The notes under the pieces: model-generated
What the model saw: only the letters and a program-made list of their open reading frames with translations
The model's database searches: none
What the model was told of the DNA's origin: nothing
In this document: one piece after another, positions 7,852-13,536 of the stretch
How the letters are laid out: each line of letters starts with the position of its first letter
Position numbering within the stretch: the stretch's first letter is position 1
Program-made: the position numbers and the translations under genes
Assembly (NCBI GenBank): GCA_039190745.1
Contig: JBCCXZ010000082.1
Coordinates: forward strand, 1-13,536
Source: Planctomycetota bacterium
GTDB taxonomy: Bacteria > Planctomycetota > Planctomycetia > Pirellulales > Lacipirellulaceae
Length of the DNA stretch: 13,536 bases
Direction: 5' to 3'

Positions 7852-9434
7852 TCAGCAGCCGCCAAATCGGCCGATCGTCCGTGTACGAAGCAGAAGAGGC
7901 AGACCGGCCAGCAGCCCCAGCCACACAGCACTCGGCTCAGGCAAAAGTTCGACCCCAGCCGTCGCCGGGAGTTCCCCAGCACCAAACGCAAGCAGCACAG
8001 TAGCAAGGTCGTCCCCGTCGACGTCTTCATCGAAATCGGTGTCGCCTTCGGCGTTCGTCGTGCCGATTCCAAAGCCCCGTTGCAGCGTGAGGAACTCCGC
8101 GACATCGATGTCGCCATCCTGGTCAAAGTCCGGGTCTGGCGAGCTACTGAGCGGAATGAACTTGTCGACAAAGAGCTGTATATCAGGAACTTCTCTTGCC
8201 GTGGCTTCCTCAATGAGCAGGTTGTCGTAGACGATAAAGTTGGCGCCCGCCGGCCCCGAGGCAATCGAGGAAAAGCGGTCCCAAAACCCGAGTACAACGA
8301 AGCCACTCTCGCTGAACGGGTCGTACACGTTCTCGTTGGCGCCTACCGGGTCGTGCTCGGGGTCGATTTCAAGCACAGGCAAGCCATCGATGACGTAAGT
8401 GAAAACGCCGTCGACCCAATAGAGCTCGTGGACAGACCAGCGGTTGCCCGGGACCCCGCTATCGAAATTGCCCGAATCGGCGTCGTTAGGAGAGGGCGGG
8501 CCGACGTAGTGAGTGATCGGACCGGCGGTCAAGGGAAACGTCTCGGCATAAGGACTGCGGTCAATACCCGACCCATCTGGCTTATAGGCGCCCGCGTTAA
8601 AGTTATCCGGGCTAAAGAATAGGCTGTCGCCAGTGAAGACGTTCAGGTTGTTGTTTGGATTGCCGTCGGTATCAATCCGCTCGAAACCATTGTTGAACCA
8701 GAACTCGTTAATCCGCTGACTAATCAGCCCCGTCGCGCCGAACGCCGACTCGGTGCCGGGGGTCCCATTAGGGTTCCCGTCATTGAACTCGCCAGGGATC
8801 GTGGTCCCAAGCCGATCTTGATAAAACGCGCCTCCGTAGATGGGAGCGTAATCCTCAGCCAGGCCGCCGTCGCTGTCACGGCCAGACGCAGGCCTTGCCC
8901 CGGCAGGTTAACGCCCGTACTGGGAGCGTTAAGGTTGGCTACCTGCACAACAGAGTTGCTCTGATTGATGCCGACCATGCCGTAGCTGGCAGACCCAATC
9001 GGACTGACGCCGCCTAGGCCGGTAGCGAAGCTGTTGAAGACATCGACGGTCATCTTGAAGTCTTCGTGGGCCGTGCCGCTGCCGATGTTGAGTCCCTGGG
9101 GCAGGATCGCCGAAAAGGAAGCTTGCCCCGAAAGCGGATTCGACGCATCGTTGTTCGCCGAGATAAACACGCCGGTCGTCTCGCCCCCCGTCGAGCGAGG
9201 CGCCGGCGGGAGCGTCGCCACGAGCGACCCGTCGCCGAAGATTTCCAGGTTGCCGTAATCGATGTTGAAGCGGATGTCGCTCTGCCCGGCGTGGCTCGTC
9301 ACGTAGTCGCCCGCCAAGAACTCCGTGTCGGCAAGAATCGTCTGCCCGCCTACCGTGCGGGTTACCAAGGAGAGAAGCAGCAAGCCAGCCAGGGGGCGTA
9401 CGGACGAAGAACACAGCTCTCGGGCAGCCAACAT
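7852..9434 (-). pseudogene. Secreted PEP-CTERM protein (about 527 aa if repaired) split by a 1-nt deletion at 8871/8872; pseudogene or sequencing error
   Basis: The 5' half starts at ATG 9434 (GGAGAAG upstream, signal-peptide-like RPLAGLLLLSLVTRTVGG). The frame of ORF 7852..8532 is open back to 8907. Adding one base gives LAVTA-DGGLAEDYAPIYGGAFYQDRLG. The C-terminus has twin Asp-rich repeats (DFDQDGDIDVAEF / DTDFDEDVDGDDL), then LPEPS, a TM helix and a basic tail. Confidence 0.8.
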
Positions 9435-9722
9435 CGTCTTCTCCGGGCTACGGATGCTCTTGCAGCGGAAACCGACCCCCTCGAACAAAGCTGGCATCGA
9501 TCCGCCACATAGGCGCCGCGGCCTCAACTCCCGCAGCGCTCGGCTCCAATTTTCCAGCAAGAAGAGCCCCGCCGCAATACACGCGCAGCAGAACATCTAT
9601 CAAGCACTAACGCTCGGAGCAGGCAAGATCTAAGAGCAGCCAGTTTCTTGCTGAAAATGGCCGCGCAACCTGCTACACAGAAGGGGCCACACCACCTCAC
9701 AGGCGTACACCCAACAGGCTCA

Positions 9723-9750
9723 GCAATCCGCAATCCGAAGTCCGCAATCA
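9723..9750. repeat. Tandem heptamer repeat, 4 imperfect GCAATCC units
   Basis: GCAATCC GCAATCC GAAGTCC GCAATCA in intergenic DNA. The same core occurs in the arms of the 6822-6939 element and near 7846-7853. Confidence 0.75.
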
Positions 9751-9974
9751 AGAAAGTCGACCCGTTTGAACGGAAACTCGAAAAGTTAAGACCGCTCCAG
9801 ATGCGATCTCACGCGAGAAAACACGCCCGGACCATCCCAGAGAGCGGACAAAACACCCGACTTTTGGCGTATCGCCGCGTGTACCCGATTTCGTGCCTAA
9901 AGACAAAACCCAGGCGGGTCACCCGAGCGACATCATCGTGCCACTGGCTGCTCGTCAGCCAGTGCGAAGAACAA

Positions 9975-10397
9975 TCACCGAGAAGCCACGTTCTCGTGGT
10001 CCAAGCTGATGTTCGCCACGATCACCAGCGAGTTGAACAACCGCGGTACCAGCCAACTGTTGTCCGCGTACGCCGCCGAGACCTGCACGTTCACCTCCTC
10101 GGTGGCGTCGTTGATCACCGACGGCGTGACCGAGACCGTCGCGCCCGTGATGCCCGCCGCGGCGAGGATTTCGTTGCTCTTGTCCTCGACGTCCGTAGCG
10201 GTCGAACCCATCACAATCCCCGCGCGGGCGCCCTCGTACGCGGCCTGGTCCAGCGAGTGACGCACCATGTGGAAGCGCACCACCTCCACCATGCTGAAAA
10301 ACAGGAAGAACAGCACGCTGCCGCAAATCGAGAACTCGACCACCGACGCCCCGCGGCGCTGCTCAGACCGCCGGCGGCTACGACGCAATGGGAACAT
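9975..10397 (-). CDS. TadE-like pilus assembly (pseudopilin) protein, 140 aa
   Basis: Basic leader, RRG|ASVVEF prepilin motif (Glu+5), TM helix and AAYEGARAG TadE signature. GGAGAGG RBS. Confidence 0.9.
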   Translation of the reverse strand: MFPLRRSRRRSEQRRGASVVEFSICGSVLFFLFFSMVEVVRFHMVRHSLDQAAYEGARAGIVMGSTATDVEDKSNEILAAAGITGATVSVTPSVINDATEEVNVQVSAAYADNSWLVPRLFNSLVIVANISLDHENVASR

Positions 10398-10415
10398 GAC
10401 GCCTCTCCCCAGGAA

Positions 10416-11591
10416 TTACTCGGTCAGCACCGCCGGCAGCTGCTCGGCGATCGCACGGAACGCCGCCTCCAGGCTCGCCGCGTCGGTCGCGTGGTAGTGC
10501 TCGCCCTGGCCGATGTCGGCCACGTCGATCATCGAGAGCTGATCGGCGCCGTCGCCGAACGTCACCGTGTAGATCGTGATCCGCTCCGCCGCTGCGCTCG
10601 CCGCCGCGATCACCGGGTCGATCCCCTCGGTCCGCACCCCGTCGGTGAACACCACCATCGTCCGGTTCGCCGTGAGCCGGCTCACAACGGGGTCGGTCAA
10701 CGCGAGCGTCGCCGCGTCGATCCCGGCCGCGATGTTCGTGTCGCCGATAATCGGCTTCGAGCCCACCAGGTTCGCCGAGCTCAGGAACGCCGAGGTATCC
10801 AGCGTCAGCCCCAAGTCGGTCGACACCCGCGTCGAGCTGAAGTGCCCGAACGTGTAGTCGCTCGCGAACGAGACCAGGCCGATCTGCGCGTTCAGGTCTC
10901 GCTGGTTCACCACTACGCGGAAGATGTCCAGCGCGTCGACCAATGCCGCCCACCGGCTTCCAGGGTTGAACGGCGGCGAGAAGTAGCCCTGCAGCACCGA
11001 ACCCACGTCTGCCGAATCCGGGTACTGAAACTCAACCCCGCTCATGTCCCACGCCATCGAACCCGATCGGTCGAGCACCACGAGAATGTCATGATCCACC
11101 CGCGTGGCGGTGCTCACCTGCGAAGCCTGGAACCGGTCGAGCGCCAAGAACCCCGACAGGAACGTCGGCACGCCGCCGGAGATCGAGCCGTCTGTCCGCT
11201 GGGCGTTCACCCGCACGCTGTTGGTCGGCTCAACGCCCGGCGTAAACGTGTACGTGCCGTTCCCCTGCTTCGAGCCGTAGCCGAACTCGATCTCCGAGTC
11301 CCGCAGCTGCACCGCCTCGCCGGCCACGAGGTTGTTGTCGCACGCCCACCGGGCCGCCGCCCGTGCGTCGTCCATCGACTGCGTCTCGCTGAGCGTAATG
11401 AGAGCCGCCTTCGCCGCCGCGTCGGTGCACGCACGCAGCTCGGTGTTGGTCAGCTCCAGAAACGAGACGTTGATCACCAGCGCCGCCAGCGTGAGCATCG
11501 CGACCGACATCGTGGTCATCAGCACCAGGATCGCCCCCCGGCGGCGGGTGCCGCGGCGGGCCGTGCGGGCGGTACGGAGCGGGGCAGTCAT
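10416..11591 (-). CDS. TadG-like protein with N-terminal Tad domain and C-terminal vWA domain, 391 aa
   Basis: RRRG|AILVLM leader and TM helix, ELRACTDAAAKAA Tad motif. vWA MIDAS residues DILVVLDRSGSM, GDTNI and VFTDG. ATG at 11591 has GAGG upstream (the ORF track start at 11618 is possible). Confidence 0.9.
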   Translation of the reverse strand: MTAPLRTARTARRGTRRRGAILVLMTTMSVAMLTLAALVINVSFLELTNTELRACTDAAAKAALITLSETQSMDDARAAARWACDNNLVAGEAVQLRDSEIEFGYGSKQGNGTYTFTPGVEPTNSVRVNAQRTDGSISGGVPTFLSGFLALDRFQASQVSTATRVDHDILVVLDRSGSMAWDMSGVEFQYPDSADVGSVLQGYFSPPFNPGSRWAALVDALDIFRVVVNQRDLNAQIGLVSFASDYTFGHFSSTRVSTDLGLTLDTSAFLSSANLVGSKPIIGDTNIAAGIDAATLALTDPVVSRLTANRTMVVFTDGVRTEGIDPVIAAASAAAERITIYTVTFGDGADQLSMIDVADIGQGEHYHATDAASLEAAFRAIAEQLPAVLTE

Positions 11592-11659
11592 GGGGGCTTT
11601 CCTCAAAGCTCGGGCCATCGGTTGAAGTCACACCGCAGCCGTGGGGCGGGGCAGGGGGG

Positions 11660-12073
11660 TCACTCTCTTAACATTGTGTTCGACTGGACCACGTCCCCGA
11701 TCGAGTTCAGCACCAGCCGGGTGCTGCTGTTCGACGAGAACGGCGCACGCACCGTCACCGTGATCGGCGTCCCCCGCGGCAAGAGTTCGATCTCCGCCGG
11801 GGTCACCGTCACCGTGGCGTTGGTCACACGCCGGCCTTCGAGGATCGCATCGCACAGGCTCGTCACGTCGGCCGTGGTCGTCCACCGCCGGGCCGCGAGG
11901 CGGCTGCCCTCGTACGTCGTCACGGTGAGCGACTGTTTGAGGAACACCACCTCGCAAACCTCCAGGGCGCCAAACACCAGCACCACCACCACCGGCAGCG
12001 TCAGGGCCAACTCAGTGGCCTCGACGCCGCGGCGGCAGGCGGCAGGGGTTCGGCGGGGTCGGCGGCGGAACAT
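11660..12073 (-). CDS. TadE-like pilus assembly (pseudopilin) protein, 137 aa
   Basis: RRG|VEATELALTLP prepilin motif (Glu+5), TM helix and TYEGSRLAA signature. Confidence 0.9.
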   Translation of the reverse strand: MFRRRPRRTPAACRRGVEATELALTLPVVVVLVFGALEVCEVVFLKQSLTVTTYEGSRLAARRWTTTADVTSLCDAILEGRRVTNATVTVTPAEIELLPRGTPITVTVRAPFSSNSSTRLVLNSIGDVVQSNTMLRE

Positions 12074-12122
12074 AACCAGGGCCTCGGTGAGAGTAGGGAA
12101 CCAATCGACGGAGCCGAAACGA

Positions 12123-12857
12123 CTACTTCGGCAGCGGCAAGACGTTCAGCCCGAGGTCGGGGCCCAGGTCGGCCACAAAGACTACGTCGTTGTAGTCCAG
12201 GTCGCCGCCGCCCAGGATGTCCTCGAAGCCAATCAACACGTATCGGTCCTGGATCAACCAGGCGACCATGTGCTGGAGGCCGTCTTCGTTCTCCTGGTCG
12301 TTCGCGGTAAAGATGTTGCTACCGCCGCGGACCCCGTCACGGATGATGAAGAACTCAAACTGCACCGCGGCCGGGTACTCGCCGAATTCGACCCAGTCCC
12401 CAGGCTCGAGCAGATCAGGCCCCGCGAACGTGCCGTCCGAGACGTCGGGGATCAGCAGGTAACGCTGCCCCTCGGTCGGCGAACCGGCGAGCGTGGCCGA
12501 GAAGCCCAGCGTGTTGCGATACCCGGCTCCCTCATTCAGGAAGTAGATCCGCACAGGGCGGTCCGTCGGATTGAACAGGTACAGCCGATCGGGGTCGAGC
12601 CGCACGAGGTGCCGGTCCTCGAACTCGTCGCGCTCTCCGAGATTGGCTTCGACAAGGGCCATCGCCTCGGGCAGCACGTTCGCGTTGAACTCCGCCGAAC
12701 GGGCGTCCGAGCCGCTGTGGTGCACCGGCCCGTAGACCTGGAAACCAAGCGGGCGTTCGTCCGATTGATCGGGCCGCGGGACTGCCGCAGCAGATGCGGC
12801 CATCGCCACCCAGGCCACAGAAGAAAGAAGAGCGAGGAAGGTCTTTGAGCGTAACAT
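12123..12857 (-). CDS. Secreted DUF4114-type protein, 244 aa, with no C-terminal anchor
   Basis: Signal peptide MLRSKTFLALLSSVAWVAMAASAAA. Motifs YFLNEGAGYRNTLG, NEDGLQH and IGFEDILGGGDLDYNDVVF, recognised as DUF4114-like from memory of the family. Confidence 0.82.
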   Translation of the reverse strand: MLRSKTFLALLSSVAWVAMAASAAAVPRPDQSDERPLGFQVYGPVHHSGSDARSAEFNANVLPEAMALVEANLGERDEFEDRHLVRLDPDRLYLFNPTDRPVRIYFLNEGAGYRNTLGFSATLAGSPTEGQRYLLIPDVSDGTFAGPDLLEPGDWVEFGEYPAAVQFEFFIIRDGVRGGSNIFTANDQENEDGLQHMVAWLIQDRYVLIGFEDILGGGDLDYNDVVFVADLGPDLGLNVLPLPK

Positions 12858-12890
12858 CAGGGCGCTCCACTGGGGTGGGCGGTCGGCTCA

Positions 12891-12911
12891 GAAACGCGAC
12901 GTTCGCGTTTC
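12891..12911. promoter_or_regulatory. Perfect 9-bp inverted repeat in the leader of the DUF4114-tad cassette
   Basis: GAAACGCGA-CGT-TCGCGTTTC, 33 nt upstream of ATG 12857. Could be an operator or an mRNA hairpin. Confidence 0.45.
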
Positions 12912-13245
12912 GGGTCGCCCGCGGAAAAGGGCTTGGCGGGATCAGCAACACAAGTCGGAGATCAGCAGTCGGATAAGCTCGGAGCGTGCCTCGGCTTGCC
13001 AAAACTTGGCGTCTGAGACCGTGCTCCTATTGGAAAAGCTAGGTCACGAATCGGAGTGGCGACCCGCATTCGGGAAAAGCAACCAGTTTTTTTCCACGGG
13101 GCAGCTGCGGCGATCTCGCGCGACCCTCAGTAACCACAACACCCGCAAGGGATTGAAACCCCTCGGAAAACCGGTGAACCAAGCGTCCGGCACTTGGGTC
13201 TCTAAAAGAAGCGGGCAAAAAAATGCGTCGGCTCAAAAGCCGGTA

Positions 13246-13276
13246 TTGCACCGGGCAGAGCGGGCGTAGTTATAAT
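13246..13276 (+). promoter_or_regulatory. Candidate sigma70-type promoter on the + strand
   Basis: Perfect TATAAT (13271-13276), TTGCAC (13246-13251) at a long 19-nt spacing, and upstream A-tracts at 13204-13238. Confidence 0.6.
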
Positions 13277-13387
13277 GCCACAACACGGGTCACGCACACG
13301 CAGCGTGACGGGCACCAACCGGCCGCGACGCGTCCACTGGCAGCGACGCTGATGCCGCCGCAACCAAGTTCGAAAGGAGGTGGTCAA

Positions 13388-13432
13388 TTGATAGATAGTC
13401 ACAATAGCCAGAGGGGTGGCACAAGCCGTTGA
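13388..13432 (+). CDS. Possible 14-aa small ORF (TTG start): MIDSHNSQRGGTSR
   Basis: TTG lies 7 nt after AGGAGG (13375-13380) and the TGA is at 13430-13432. No homology evidence. Confidence 0.3.
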   Translation: MIDSHNSQRGGTSR

Positions 13433-13480
13433 CCACCGGCGGGTTGTCCTCGGTGACAGCCACCCGCTGCTTGAGAGCCC

Positions 13481-13502
13481 GCTTAGCCGGCAACGGCTGA
13501 GC
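13481..13502 (+). terminator. 9-bp GNRA-capped hairpin, possible 3' end structure
   Basis: GCTTAGCCG-GCAA-CGGCTGAGC (one G-U pair). The following U tract is weak (CTGCTTAA). Confidence 0.4.
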
Positions 13503-13536
13503 CTGCTTAACAGCATCACGAATCGCCCGGCTGCCC

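Larger units (their letters stand above)
13283..13510 (+). ncRNA. Candidate structured small RNA / small-peptide mRNA (boundaries approximate)
   Basis: Downstream of TATAAT: hairpin GTCACGC/GCGTGAC (13289-13309), AAAGGAGGTGGTC (13373-13385), helix GGTGGTCAA/TTGACCACC (13379-13387 with 13429-13437), hairpin 13438-13468, and a GCAA-tetraloop hairpin at 13481-13502. Confidence 0.45.

Noticed and set aside
9648..12848. 1066-aa + strand ORF spanning the whole tad cassette
   Set aside because: Antisense shadow. It is in codon register with three of the four real genes, and high-GC genes rarely use TTA/CTA/TCA, so stops are absent. The Arg/His/Val-rich translation has no recognisable motif.
13288..13350. 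Possible c-di-GMP-I riboswitch (GGTCACGCACA...GGGCA...GACGC)
   Set aside because: Lacks the conserved GCAAA elements, GNRA-capped P2 and tetraloop receptor. The resemblance is superficial.
13373..13385. 16S rRNA 3'-end fragment on the minus strand
   Set aside because: The match is limited to about 13 nt and the flanks do not continue as 16S sequence. Treated as an SD-like element.

Overview
High-GC (roughly 65-70% by eye) bacterial DNA, most likely from a Planctomycete of the Pirellulales/Lacipirellulaceae type. This is inferred from PEP-CTERM proteins with a twin Asp-rich tail, a Rhodopirellula/Verrucomicrobium-type ECF sigma factor and GCAATCC heptamer repeats. All confidently called genes are on the minus strand. 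In transcription order (right to left): a cassette of a secreted DUF4114-type protein with TadE, TadG/vWA and TadE pilin-like genes; a PEP-CTERM gene split by a single-base frameshift at 8871/8872; aquaporin Z; an FHA-like/GAF/class III nucleotide cyclase; tRNA-Asp(GTC); an ECF sigma coupled to a membrane anti-sigma, a PEP-CTERM beta-propeller protein and a small lipoprotein; and tRNA-Pro(GGG). Best leads: (1) the cyclase lacks the ATP-selecting Lys and has an acidic/Gly pair like the guanylate cyclase Cya2; (2) at the right end, a + strand promoter appears to drive a structured RNA with a very strong Shine-Dalgarno that pairs with the stop-codon region of a 14-codon ORF; (3) an orphan Tad minor-pilin/adhesin cassette; (4) a tRNA-bounded ECF signalling islet. 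No database searches or folding programs were run.
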